A stretch of 32,000 nucleotides of DNA from Delftia acidovorans NBRC 14950 (GTDB lineage: Bacteria; Pseudomonadota; Gammaproteobacteria; Burkholderiales; Burkholderiaceae_C), in contig NZ_BCZP01000004.1 in NCBI RefSeq assembly GCF_001598795.1, forward strand, positions 1 through 32,000, read 5' to 3'. The translations under genes and the position numbers were made by a program. Positions within the stretch are counted from its first letter, which is position 1. Every line of letters begins with the position of its first letter. The notes beneath the pieces were generated by a model. The model did not search any database, had not been told where the DNA came from, and saw only the letters and a program-made list of their open reading frames with translations. Below, in pieces: positions 1 through 8,743 of this stretch.

Positions 1-243
1 TGCCGGGCCGAGACCCGGCCTCGAAAAACAACCACCCGGCAGGGGCAAAAGATTGCACCTAAGCCAAAAGCAATCGAGGCACAAACAAGGTGGGCGGGAG
101 TCAAGACCATGTGCAAGGCATGCGGACGCCCTCACGGGCAGCCCCATCCCGCTCCAAACCCAAAGACAGCCAGGCCCCCAAAAGCCCCAGCCATCAAACC
201 CCGGTCAAGGATGGCAGCTCCCGCATCACTTCAGCAAATCACT

Positions 244-945
244 TCAGAAAAACAGCACCCTCACCCAAGGCGCCACCACCACATTCAACGCCCCCGCAAT
301 CATCATCACCAACGAAGCAACCACCGCCTGCACATCCCCAAACTGCCGCGCCTTCGCCACCCCGCTGCCATGCGCGGCACCACCCAGAATGGCGCCCGCA
401 GCCAGCTTGCTGCGCACGTGCGGCAGCAGCCGCAGGATGGTCTCGCCCATGAGCATTCCGCTGACGCCCGTGAGCAGCACGAACAGCGCGGCCAGGTCGG
501 TGGGCCCGCCCAGCACGCGCTCGGCCTCGATGGCGAAGGGGGTGGTCACCGAGCGCACGGCCAGGCCCTTTTGCAGGTCCACGGGCAGTCCGAAGGCCTG
601 TGCGAACCAGATGGTGGTGGCAATGGACACGCCACTGGCCACGAGCACGCCGGTGGCGATCGACATCCAGTGCTTGCGCAGCAAGTGGCGGTTTTCGTGC
701 AGGGGCAGCGCAAAGGCCACCGTGGTGGGGCCCAGCAGCCAGACCAGCCAGTGCGTCTGGGCGATGTACTGCGGGTAGCGCACATGGGTCAGCAGCGCCA
801 GCGCGATCAGCACCATGGGCGTGGCGACGATGGGCATGAGCAGCGGATGCGGATGGCGGCGGTACACGCGCTTGTTGGCCGCATAGCAGGCCAGCGTGGC
901 CAGCAGCGACAGCAGACCGATGGCCTGGTCGGACATGGCGTTCAT
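244..945 (-). CDS. lrgB: LrgB/CidB-family integral membrane protein (233 aa)
   Basis: The C-terminal 233 aa of ORF 244..1437, starting MNAMSDQAIGLLSLLATLACY, are multi-span hydrophobic and typical of the LrgB family. The ATG at 943-945 forms an ATGA overlap with the stop of the upstream lrgA-like gene. The N-terminal 164 aa of the listed ORF are Arg/Gly/Ala junk in a different frame from the lrgA-like gene. Confidence 0.85.
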   Translation of the reverse strand: MNAMSDQAIGLLSLLATLACYAANKRVYRRHPHPLLMPIVATPMVLIALALLTHVRYPQYIAQTHWLVWLLGPTTVAFALPLHENRHLLRKHWMSIATGVLVASGVSIATTIWFAQAFGLPVDLQKGLAVRSVTTPFAIEAERVLGGPTDLAALFVLLTGVSGMLMGETILRLLPHVRSKLAAGAILGGAAHGSGVAKARQFGDVQAVVASLVMMIAGALNVVVAPWVRVLFF

Positions 946-1415
946 TCCTGCTCCCTGTGCAGCCCGGCGCGCGTGGAGCGGCGCCGGGCCAGCCACAGCT
1001 CCAGTCGGTAGACGCGGTCCACGGCCAGCGCCGTGGCGGCCATCACGCAGGCCGTGCTGGCCACGATGACGCCCAGGATGCGCAGGCCCTGGTGCTGAAT
1101 CAGGTCGGTGTATTCGGTGACGACCAGCATGGCGGGCACGAAGAACAGCAGCATCTCGGCCAGCAGCCAGTTGGTGCCGCCCTGCAGCCAGCGCGCCTTG
1201 ACCAGCCCGCTGAACAGGCCCGTGGCCAGCAGCGCAAAGCCGATCAGCCCGGCCGGCATGCCCCAGCCGAAATGCGCGCGCACGGCCTCCATGGCCACCC
1301 ACAGCGCACTGAGCAGCCCCACCTGCAGCACGCCGCGCAGCAGCGGCCAGCAGCGGTGCAGCAGACCCTGAAACACCTGCGGCCGCAGGACGGGCATGGC
1401 GGAAATCTTTGACAT
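942..1415 (-). CDS. lrgA: CidA/LrgA-family small membrane protein (157 aa)
   Basis: Four predicted hydrophobic helices (LLSALWVAMEAV, GLIGFALLATGLF, LLAEMLLFFVPAMLVV, ILGVIVASTACVMAATALAV). AGGA lies 7 nt upstream of the ATG at 1415, with an alternative start at Met7. The 4-nt ATGA overlap with lrgB is the classic lrgAB arrangement. Confidence 0.8.
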   Translation of the reverse strand: MSKISAMPVLRPQVFQGLLHRCWPLLRGVLQVGLLSALWVAMEAVRAHFGWGMPAGLIGFALLATGLFSGLVKARWLQGGTNWLLAEMLLFFVPAMLVVTEYTDLIQHQGLRILGVIVASTACVMAATALAVDRVYRLELWLARRRSTRAGLHREQE

Positions 1416-1441
1416 GGGGCAATCCTAGGGTTTGCACTCAG

Positions 1442-1456
1442 ATTCGTAAAATGAAT
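1442..1456. promoter_or_regulatory. Candidate LysR-type T-N11-A box (ATTC-N7-GAAT) in the AT-rich lrgA / LysR divergent intergenic region
   Basis: The interrupted dyad ATTCGTAAAATGAAT was read directly. It lies between the divergently transcribed lrgA-like gene (start 1415) and the LysR gene (start 1492), in the only AT-rich patch of this region. Confidence 0.3.
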
Positions 1457-1491
1457 AATCTCCATTTTTCCCATGCACAAAAGGAATCCTC

Positions 1492-2400
1492 ATGGACCTG
1501 CGCGCGCTGCGCTACTTTGTTGAGGTGGTGCGCTGCAACAGCTTCACGCGTGCGGCCGAGGCGCTGCATGTGACCCAGCCCACCATCAGCAAGATGGTGC
1601 GGGCGCTGGAGGAGGAGCTGGGCGGCCCGCTGCTGCTGCGCGAGGGGCGCGGTGTGCAACTGACCGACGCAGGCCAGGTGGTCCATGCGCGCGGCCTGCA
1701 GGTGCTGGAGCAGTCACGCCAGCTGCTGCAGGAGGTGGCCGAGGTGGATGGCATTGCGCGCGGCAGCCTGAGCGTGGGCATCATGCCCACAGCCGGGCAC
1801 TACATGGCGCCCGTGATCGCGCGCTTTCAGCAACTGCATCCGGGTGTGGAACTGCATGTGCAGGAGCAGGGCGCACGCGCCCAGCGCCAGCTGCTGCTGG
1901 ACGGCAAGCTGGACATGGCGCTGGGCCTGCACGGCGCGGGCGAGGCGGGTGGCGACCTGGCCGGAGAGGGCCTGGAGTACTGCACCATCGCCCACCAGAA
2001 GACACGCGTGGCCTTTGCCGCGCACGAGGTGCCCGACCCGAACGCACCCGTGCACTGGAGCGAGCTGGCCCGGCGGCCCTTTGTGTTCTACACCTCGGAC
2101 TTCGCCCTGCACCAGGCCGTGCTGGAGCATTGCGCGGCGGCAGGCTTCAGCCCACAGGTGCGGCTGCAGACACGCTACTGGGACTTCATCGGCGACCTGG
2201 TGGCAGAAGGCGTGGGCGTGGCCGTGATGTTCGAGCACGTGATCGCGCGGTTCGACCCCCGGCGCGTGTCCAGCCGCCCGCTGGTGGGGCCTGAACTGCA
2301 CTGGGACGTGGTGCAGCTGTGGCGCAGCGGCTATCTGACGCGCGCGGCGAGGGCCTGGCTGGAGTGCGTGCGTGCGGTCTATCCCGACGACAATCGCTGA
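1492..2400 (+). CDS. LysR-family transcriptional regulator (302 aa)
   Basis: N-terminal wHTH signature MDLRALRYFVEVVRCNSFTRAAEALHVTQPTISKMVRALEEELGGPLL. AAGGA lies 6 nt upstream of the ATG. The gene is divergent from lrgAB, a CidR-like arrangement. Confidence 0.9.
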   Translation: MDLRALRYFVEVVRCNSFTRAAEALHVTQPTISKMVRALEEELGGPLLLREGRGVQLTDAGQVVHARGLQVLEQSRQLLQEVAEVDGIARGSLSVGIMPTAGHYMAPVIARFQQLHPGVELHVQEQGARAQRQLLLDGKLDMALGLHGAGEAGGDLAGEGLEYCTIAHQKTRVAFAAHEVPDPNAPVHWSELARRPFVFYTSDFALHQAVLEHCAAAGFSPQVRLQTRYWDFIGDLVAEGVGVAVMFEHVIARFDPRRVSSRPLVGPELHWDVVQLWRSGYLTRAARAWLECVRAVYPDDNR

Positions 2401-2404
2401 GTCC

Positions 2405-3040
2405 ATGCAACCCAGAAAACGCCCACCCTTGCGCCCTTTTGCAGGCCCGGCCCTGCGCGCCCGACCCGCCTTCGCCGACCGGCCCGACACCGGCCCCTCA
2501 CGCCTGCTGTGCTTCAACAAGCCCTACGGCGTACTCAGCCAGTTCACCCCCGAGGGCCGCTGGCGTGGCCTCAAGGAATACATCGACGTGCCGGGCGTGC
2601 ATGCGGCAGGCCGGCTTGACGCCGACAGCGAAGGATTGCTGCTGCTGACCAATGACGGCCCGCTGCAGGCGCGCATCGCCGATCCGCGCTTCAAGATGGA
2701 GAAGACCTACTGGGTACAGGTCGAGGGCCTGCCCGACGAGGCCGCGCTGCAGGCCCTGCGCCAGGGCGTGCAGCTCAACGACGGCATGACGCTGCCCGCG
2801 CAGGCGCGCCGGCTGGAGCCGCCGCCCGTGCTGTGGCAGCGCGACCCGCCCATCCGCGTGCGCCAGAACATTCCCGACTGCTGGATCGAACTGGTCATCC
2901 GCGAAGGCCGCAACCGCCAGGTGCGCCGCATGACGGCGGCCATTGGCCACCCCACGCTGCGGCTGGTGCGCGCAGCCATCGGGCCCTACACGCTGGACGG
3001 CCTGGAGCCCGGCCAGTGGAAGGACGTGGAGCCCGCCTAG
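2405..3040 (+). CDS. rluE: RluE-like 23S rRNA pseudouridine synthase (RsuA/RluE family)
   Basis: Colinear similarity to E. coli RluE: LLCFNKPYGVLSQF, catalytic-Asp motif AAGRLDADSEGLLLLTNDG, YWVQVEG, GRNRQVRRMTAAIGHPTLRLVR. The start is uncertain: ATG 2405 just after the LysR stop, or GTG 2372 overlapping it. Confidence 0.8.
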   Translation: MQPRKRPPLRPFAGPALRARPAFADRPDTGPSRLLCFNKPYGVLSQFTPEGRWRGLKEYIDVPGVHAAGRLDADSEGLLLLTNDGPLQARIADPRFKMEKTYWVQVEGLPDEAALQALRQGVQLNDGMTLPAQARRLEPPPVLWQRDPPIRVRQNIPDCWIELVIREGRNRQVRRMTAAIGHPTLRLVRAAIGPYTLDGLEPGQWKDVEPA

Positions 3041-3046
3041 GGCTCC
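3028..3046. other. 7-bp inverted repeat (GGAGCCC gccta GGGCTCC) centred on the shared CTAG of two convergent stop codons
   Basis: Read directly. The plus-strand TAG is at 3038-3040 (rluE) and the minus-strand TAG is the complement of 3037-3039 (membrane protein gene). The stem is 3028-3034 paired with 3040-3046. Confidence 0.35.
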
Positions 3047-4059
3047 GGATTGTCGGGAAGTGCCACAGCCTGCCAGCGCTGCAGGCCGAGCCACGGATGA
3101 AAGCGCCGCGCCTCGCCCACCTCCACGCGCTCGACGCTGCCGGCCAGCAGCGGCCACAGGCGCTGCAATTGCGCCGAGCGCTGCTGCGTGCAGCGCCGCG
3201 CGCGGGCCAGCAGCTCGCTGCCCTGGCCCAGCAGGCGCGACAGCTCGCGCAGGCGCGGTGGCGGCAGGCATTGGGCGCTGGCCAGCATCAGCCAGGACGG
3301 TGCCTGGCCCGCCTGGGCGGGGCCGCTGGCGGCGAACTGCTCCAGCAAAGCGACATGGGCACTGAGCAGGGGCGCGGGTGGCTTCTCGGCCAGCATGATC
3401 TCCAGCAGCCTGCCATCGATGCGCCAGCGGGCGGGCACCACGGCATGCTCGACCGAGTTGCCGAAGCGCGTGGACTGGCGATGGCGGACGGCACGGCTGC
3501 CCTGCTCCAGCAAGGGCTGCAGCAGCTCGGCCAGGGCCTGCTCGCGCTGCGCCGTGGGCGCTTCGGCCAGCGTGATGCGCAGCGGCACGGCCTCGTAGCC
3601 GCGCAGCTGGTCGCGCCAGGCCATCCAGCCCGCCGTGTCGGGGCCGCCCAGCAGCAGGGCGAGGAAGGCGCCCAGGCCGGCCAGGGCCGATCCGGTCCAC
3701 CAGGACACCTGCACAGGCTGCCGCCCGGCGATCAGCCAGCCCGTCAACCAGACCAGCGCCCCGGCGCAGGTGGCCGCCAGCAGGCCCATGCCGAAGGCGA
3801 GGAAGGGCGCGCCATCGAGCCGGTCGGGCAGCAGCACCAGCATGGCCACGCAGGCCGCGCCGGCGCACAGCGCAACGGCCCACCAGCCCGCCACGGGCAG
3901 GGTGCGCGCGGTGCGTCCCGTGAGACCCGTACGGCCGGCCAGTGCCAGCAGCAGCAGGGCCACCACCGCGCCAGCGGTCAGCGCAATGAACAAGGGCGCA
4001 AACACCCACAGCGCCAGCAGCCCGAGGACCGCCGATACCGCAAGCGACAGCGCCAGCAT
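3037..4059 (-). CDS. Hypothetical membrane protein (340 aa): about 6 N-terminal TM helices plus a ~190-aa soluble Leu/Ala/Gln-rich C-terminal domain
   Basis: Strong GC3 codon bias in this frame. The start ATG at 4057-4059 lies 2 nt after the yjdM stop (TGATCATG). I recognise no family. Confidence 0.65.
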   Translation of the reverse strand: MLALSLAVSAVLGLLALWVFAPLFIALTAGAVVALLLLALAGRTGLTGRTARTLPVAGWWAVALCAGAACVAMLVLLPDRLDGAPFLAFGMGLLAATCAGALVWLTGWLIAGRQPVQVSWWTGSALAGLGAFLALLLGGPDTAGWMAWRDQLRGYEAVPLRITLAEAPTAQREQALAELLQPLLEQGSRAVRHRQSTRFGNSVEHAVVPARWRIDGRLLEIMLAEKPPAPLLSAHVALLEQFAASGPAQAGQAPSWLMLASAQCLPPPRLRELSRLLGQGSELLARARRCTQQRSAQLQRLWPLLAGSVERVEVGEARRFHPWLGLQRWQAVALPDNPEP

Positions 4060-4061
4060 GA

Positions 4062-4418
4062 TCAGGCCTTCTTGAGGAACTCCGACTTGAGCAGCATGGA
4101 GCCCAGTTCGGTCTTGCAGTCCACGTTGTGGCCGTCGGCGCCATCGACCAGGCGGATGCCCTTGATCTTGCTGCCCTTCTTGAGCACGGTGGACGATCCC
4201 TTGACCTTGAGGTCCTTGACCAGGATCACGGCGTCGCCGTCGGCCAGCGCATTGCCGTTGGCGTCGCGCACGATGCCGTCGCCAGCGGCGGCTTCGCCGG
4301 ACTCTTCTTCGGCCTGCATGGGCCATTCGAAGGCGCAGTCGGGGCAGATGTAGCTGGTGGCGTCGGGATAGGTGTTTTCAAGGCCGCACTGGGGGCAGGC
4401 GGGAGTGGTCTGGGGCAT
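4062..4418 (-). CDS. yjdM: YjdM/PhnA zinc-ribbon protein (118 aa)
   Basis: [25 protein letters not shown], then [42 protein letters not shown]...HNVDCK...[11 protein letters not shown]. This is near-colinear with E. coli YjdM. Confidence 0.9.
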   Translation of the reverse strand: MPQTTPACPQCGLENTYPDATSYICPDCAFEWPMQAEEESGEAAAGDGIVRDANGNALADGDAVILVKDLKVKGSSTVLKKGSKIKGIRLVDGADGHNVDCKTELGSMLLKSEFLKKA

Positions 4419-4556
4419 GGGATGGACAGATTCGGTGAAGACAAAGGGGCGCGGCGGGCGCGCCGTACCTGGCGATTGTCGCCCCTGCCCCCGCAGGCAT
4501 GCCCCGGCAAACCCGAGCGGCCTGCTACGCTGCGCGCCACTCTTTGCTTTTTCCCC

Positions 4557-5450
4557 ATGGATACGCTGACCCCCTTGCGCGCCTTCCGGCGCATCGTAGA
4601 ACTGGGCTCCATCGCCAAGGCGGCCGACGCGCTGGACCTGTCCTCGGCCGCGCTGAGCAAGCAGCTGCGCGCGCTCGAAGCCCATCTGGGCGCCGTGCTG
4701 CTGCAGCGCACCACGCGCCGCATGAGCCTGACCGACACGGGCCAGGCCTACTACGCAGAGTGCTGCAGGCTGCTTGATGAATTCGATGCGCTGGAGCAGT
4801 CGGTGCGCGCACAGTCGCAGCAGGTGGCCGGCCGGCTGCGCGTGAATGCGCCGCTGTCGTTTGCGCTGAGCACGCTGGCACCGCTGCTGGCGCGCTTCAT
4901 GCAGCGCCATCCGCAGCTGCAGATCGACCTGTCCATGGAAGACCGGTTGGTGGATGCGGTGGGCCAGGGCTTCGATGTGTCCATCCGCCTGAGCGCGGAG
5001 CTGGCGGACTCCTCGCTGATCGCGCGGCGCCTGGCCTCGCTGTCGCAGATGCTGTGCGCGGCCCCTTCCTATCTGCAGGCGCATGGCCGCCCGGCCAGTG
5101 CCGCCGCGCTGCGCGGCCATGCGCTGCTGAACTACAGCCTGGCGCATGCGCCCCGCGAAGCGGGCGAGAGTTCCCAGGCGCCGTCCGAGGCGCGCGCCAA
5201 CGTCAACAACAGCCTGATGCTGCGCGACCTGCTGGTGGCGGGCCTGGGCATTGGCGCCCTGCCCTCGTTCCTGGCGCGGCCGGCGATTGCGGCAGGCCAG
5301 CTGGTCGCACTGGACCTTGCGGACCAGGCCGCGCAGGCCCGCCATGTCTACGCGGTCTATCCCACGCAGCGCCACCTGCTGCCCAAGGTGCGCGCCTTCG
5401 TGGACTTTCTGGCCGAGGAGCTGCCTGCCGCCATGGGCGAGGATTGTTGA
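4557..5450 (+). CDS. LysR-family transcriptional regulator (297 aa)
   Basis: [66 protein letters not shown]. The gene is divergent from the yjdM operon. Confidence 0.9.
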   Translation: MDTLTPLRAFRRIVELGSIAKAADALDLSSAALSKQLRALEAHLGAVLLQRTTRRMSLTDTGQAYYAECCRLLDEFDALEQSVRAQSQQVAGRLRVNAPLSFALSTLAPLLARFMQRHPQLQIDLSMEDRLVDAVGQGFDVSIRLSAELADSSLIARRLASLSQMLCAAPSYLQAHGRPASAAALRGHALLNYSLAHAPREAGESSQAPSEARANVNNSLMLRDLLVAGLGIGALPSFLARPAIAAGQLVALDLADQAAQARHVYAVYPTQRHLLPKVRAFVDFLAEELPAAMGEDC

Positions 5451-5529
5451 CGCCGCGTTAAGAGTTCCTCAAGCGCGCGCCCCTTTTTCGCGCCGGGCCT
5501 GCGGCCTACGCTTGCCGTCCATCACAGCC

Positions 5530-6267
5530 ATGAAGGACACAAGCATGACGCAATGCAATGATTTTTCCTGCGCCCTGCCCGCGCAGGATGCGGCGCCCCC
5601 CTCGCCGCAGCAGGCCCTGCAGGCGGCGCCTGCTGCGGCGCCCGCGGTCGCCCCCGCCATCGACTTCTTCCATGACGTGGTCTGCGGCTGGTGCTACGTG
5701 ATGTCGCCACGCCTGCGCCAGGTGGCGCGCGAGCTGGGCCTGCGCGTGCGCCACCGCAGCTTCGTGCTGCAGGCCTCGCGCGCCGAGATGGTGGCGGCCT
5801 TCGGCTCCATGGAGCGCGCCAAGCAGGTCATCCTGGAGCACTGGCAGGCCTGCGCGGAGCATGACGACGAGGACCGCATCGACATCGAGGGCATGCGCCG
5901 CGAGGCCTTCGAGTACCCCAGCGGCATGGCCGGCGCACTGGCCTGCCAGGCGGCCCAGATCCTGGGCGGCGATGACGCGCACTGGGATCTGTTCGACGCC
6001 ATCCAGCACGCCCACATGAGCGAGCACCGCAACATCGGCGACGCCGAAGTGCTGCTGGACATCGCCACGCGCACGGGCTTCGAGCGCAATGCCTTCGCGG
6101 GCTGCATGGAAGGCGCCCAGGCGCTGGAGCAGGTGCGCCAGGACCGCGCGCTGGCGCAGCGCATGGGCCTGCGCTCCATTCCCACGCTGATCGCGCCGCG
6201 CCTGCCGCCGCTGCAGACCCAGTCGCTGGCTGCGCTGCGCGAACGCCTGCACTTCCTGGCGGCCTGA
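5530..6267 (+). CDS. DsbA-family (FrnE/HCCA-isomerase-like) thioredoxin-fold protein with an Ala/Pro-rich N-terminal extension
   Basis: CGWC active-site motif in DFFHDVVCGWCYVMSPRL, and a C-terminal RMGLRSIPTLI motif typical of the DsbA fold. No signal peptide is visible. An alternative start is at 5545. Confidence 0.75.
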   Translation: MKDTSMTQCNDFSCALPAQDAAPPSPQQALQAAPAAAPAVAPAIDFFHDVVCGWCYVMSPRLRQVARELGLRVRHRSFVLQASRAEMVAAFGSMERAKQVILEHWQACAEHDDEDRIDIEGMRREAFEYPSGMAGALACQAAQILGGDDAHWDLFDAIQHAHMSEHRNIGDAEVLLDIATRTGFERNAFAGCMEGAQALEQVRQDRALAQRMGLRSIPTLIAPRLPPLQTQSLAALRERLHFLAA

Positions 6268-6359
6268 GCGCCCCCGTCTTTGCTTTTTTCATCGGCGTTT
6301 TTCCGCCTTCCCTCGCGCGCGGCATGCGCGCCCTTTTTCAGCAGACCAAGGACTTTTCC

Positions 6360-7391
6360 ATGACTCTCCAACGCTTCGCTCGCCGCATGGCGCTGCACTC
6401 TCTCGTGATCGCCCTGGCCGCCGCCTTCGCGGGCACCGCGGCCCAGGCCCATGGCGGCCACGAGCCCCCGGCCGGCGCACGCCAGGACGTGGGCACCAGC
6501 CCCTGGGGGCCTGCCGACGAGATCGGCCGCCTGAACCTGATCACGCCGGCCTCGCGCGCGGCCATCCTGCAGCGCATCACGGGCGGGCAGGTCTATGACC
6601 TGGCCACCGAGTACTACGTGGGCATGCCCAGCTGGCAGGACGCGGGCGATCCGCACTACCAGTTCTGGATGACGCACACGCCGCGCGGCACCGTGGTGGA
6701 CGATCCCATGAACGTGGGCAAGGACATGAACGCCACGCGCAGCTACACGGGCACGGCGTTTTCCATGTACAGCCACACGGGCACGCACATCGATGCGCTC
6801 AACCACTTCGGCATCCGCGGCAGGATCTGGAACGGCTTCAGCGCCGACCAGCATCTGGGCGACCGGGGCTGGCAGCGCACGGGCATAGAGAAATTCCCGC
6901 CGCTGGTGGCGCGCGGCGTGCTGATCGACGTGGCGGCCGCCAAGGGCCTGGAGATGCTGCCCGACCAGTACCGCATCACGCGCCAGGACCTCAAGGATGC
7001 GCTGGCACGCCAGAAGGTGACGCTGCAGGAGGGCGACATCGTGCTGGTGCGCACGGGCCGCATGAAGCTGTACGGCCAGCCCCAGGCCTACATGGCCAAG
7101 CCGCCGGGCCTGGGCCTGGATGCCGCGCGCTTTCTGGTGGAGGAAGGCGGCGCCATGATCGTGGGCGCCGACAACCTGAGCCTGGAGACGTTCCCGTCCG
7201 AGGTGGACGACGACTACGTACCGCTGCACAGCTACCTGCTGGCGCAAAAGGGCGTGCCCATCATGGAACTGGTGGCGCTGGACGATCTGTCGCGCGACAA
7301 GGTCTACGAGTTCGCCTTCATCGGCGGCCCGCTCAAGATCCGCGGCGGCGACGCCGCGCCGCTGCGGCCCATCGCCATTCCTGTGCGCTGA
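6360..7391 (+). CDS. Secreted cyclase-family protein (kynurenine/aryl-formamidase fold)
   Basis: Signal peptide MTLQRFARRMALHSLVIALAAAFAGTAAQAHG. Metal-binding motif HTGTHIDALNHF (HxGTHxDxxxH). AAGGA lies 7 nt upstream of the ATG. Confidence 0.8.
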   Translation: MTLQRFARRMALHSLVIALAAAFAGTAAQAHGGHEPPAGARQDVGTSPWGPADEIGRLNLITPASRAAILQRITGGQVYDLATEYYVGMPSWQDAGDPHYQFWMTHTPRGTVVDDPMNVGKDMNATRSYTGTAFSMYSHTGTHIDALNHFGIRGRIWNGFSADQHLGDRGWQRTGIEKFPPLVARGVLIDVAAAKGLEMLPDQYRITRQDLKDALARQKVTLQEGDIVLVRTGRMKLYGQPQAYMAKPPGLGLDAARFLVEEGGAMIVGADNLSLETFPSEVDDDYVPLHSYLLAQKGVPIMELVALDDLSRDKVYEFAFIGGPLKIRGGDAAPLRPIAIPVR

Positions 7392-7565
7392 GCGGGGCAA
7401 GACGAGATTTCTTGAGCTTGACCTCGAAACTCCCGCGCCCCCAAGGCGAGGGACACCGAGCAAGGGCCTACGCCGGCCGCGCCGCCCCGCAGCAAGGGTG
7501 TCGCCGGCTGCCCGTACGCCCCCCTCCGAAGAGAGGGGGAAGGCGCGAAGCGACTCAGGGGGTGA

Positions 7566-8729
7566 TCACAGACTCGTGCCCATTTTGCTGAGGAAGCGCT
7601 CGCAGGCGTCGAGCTGGGCCAGCTCGACGAACTCGTCGGGCTTGTGCGCCTGCTCGATGGAGCCGGGGCCGCAGACCACGGTGGGAATGCCGGCGTTGTG
7701 GAACAGGCCGGCCTCGGTGCCGTAGGCCACCTTGCGCTTTTCCTGGTCGGCGGTCAGCGCGCGCACCAGCTGGGTGATGGCGGCCTCCTCCGAGGCTTCC
7801 AGCGCGGGCGCGCTGGCGCCGGTCTCGATCTCGATGCGCGCGTCGGCGAACTCGGCGCGCATGCGCGGCAGCAGTTCGTCGCGCACATAGGACTCGACCT
7901 GGGCCTGGATGCCATCCACCGACATGCCGGGCAGGTTGCGGAATTCATAGGCGAATTCGCACAGCTCGGGGATGGTGTTGACCGCGATGCCACCCTGGAT
8001 CTGGTTGGTGGTCATGGTGGTGAAGGGCACGTCGAAGAATTCGTCGTAGGGGCCATGCGCCTTGAAGTGGTCGGCGATGTCCCGGATGCGACAGATCAAC
8101 CGCGCCGCATACTCGATGGCATTGCTGCCGCGCGGCGTGAGCGACGAATGCGCGGCCTTGCCGTGCACGCGGCAGCGGTAGAGGTTGATGCCCTTGTGCG
8201 CCACCACCACCTGCATGCTGGTGGGCTCGCCGACCACGCAGCCGTCGAAGCGCGCGCCCTCGGCCTTGAGCTGGTTGATCATCACGGGCGCGCCCGCGCA
8301 GCCGATTTCCTCGTCGTACGAGAAGGCCAGGTGCACGGGCCTGGCGCGCTGCGTGGCCAGGAATTCGGGCACCAGCGCCAGCGAGGCGGCGATGAAGCCC
8401 TTCATGTCGCAGCTGCCGCGGCCATACAGGCGCCCGCCCTTTTCGGTGAGCGCAAAGGGGTTGGTGCTCCACTGCTGGCCATCGACCGGAACCACGTCGG
8501 TATGGCCGGACAGCACGATGCCACCCTGCGTTTCGCCGTTGTGGGCCGGCAAAGTGGCGAAGAGATTGGCCTTGGCGCCGTCCGGAGAGTGGAACAATCG
8601 GGCACTCACGCCCAGCGTGGCCAACTCATCGCGTACACACTCGATCAGCGCCAGGTTGGAGTTGCGGCTGGTGGTGTCGAATGCGACCAGTGTTTCCAGC
8701 CAGTCGCGGGTGTTTTTCCAGGTAGTCAT
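7566..8729 (-). CDS. argE: M20-family metallopeptidase, acetylornithine deacetylase (ArgE)-like (387 aa)
   Basis: LVAFDTTSRNSNL, SGHTDVVPV, GRGSCDMKGF, FSYDEEIGCAG and GPGSIEQAHKPDEFVE are M20/ArgE hallmarks. The true substrate is uncertain. Confidence 0.8.
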   Translation of the reverse strand: MTTWKNTRDWLETLVAFDTTSRNSNLALIECVRDELATLGVSARLFHSPDGAKANLFATLPAHNGETQGGIVLSGHTDVVPVDGQQWSTNPFALTEKGGRLYGRGSCDMKGFIAASLALVPEFLATQRARPVHLAFSYDEEIGCAGAPVMINQLKAEGARFDGCVVGEPTSMQVVVAHKGINLYRCRVHGKAAHSSLTPRGSNAIEYAARLICRIRDIADHFKAHGPYDEFFDVPFTTMTTNQIQGGIAVNTIPELCEFAYEFRNLPGMSVDGIQAQVESYVRDELLPRMRAEFADARIEIETGASAPALEASEEAAITQLVRALTADQEKRKVAYGTEAGLFHNAGIPTVVCGPGSIEQAHKPDEFVELAQLDACERFLSKMGTSL

Positions 8730-8743
8730 GTAGTTCCATCTGC

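Noticed and set aside
1-243. The A/C-rich non-coding stretch at the window edge, with the hairpin GCCGGG-ccgaga-CCCGGC at 2-19. I considered a terminator or small RNA.
   Set aside because: The hairpin has no following U-tract on either strand. The region is cut by the window boundary, and no convincing promoter or ORF can be supported.
244-1437. The single 397-aa ORF spanning lrgB and lrgA, and similar 5'-extended versions of real genes: 4062..5375, 4128..5450, 5251..6267, 7566..8852, 14160..17273, 16949..18142, 17713..18945, 22833..23927, 26596..28182.
   Set aside because: The upstream extensions translate to low-complexity Arg/Pro/Gly-rich sequence, overlap neighbouring genes or intergenic regulatory DNA, and precede an internal Met where family homology begins. 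The ORF track also opens at GTG/TTG codons.
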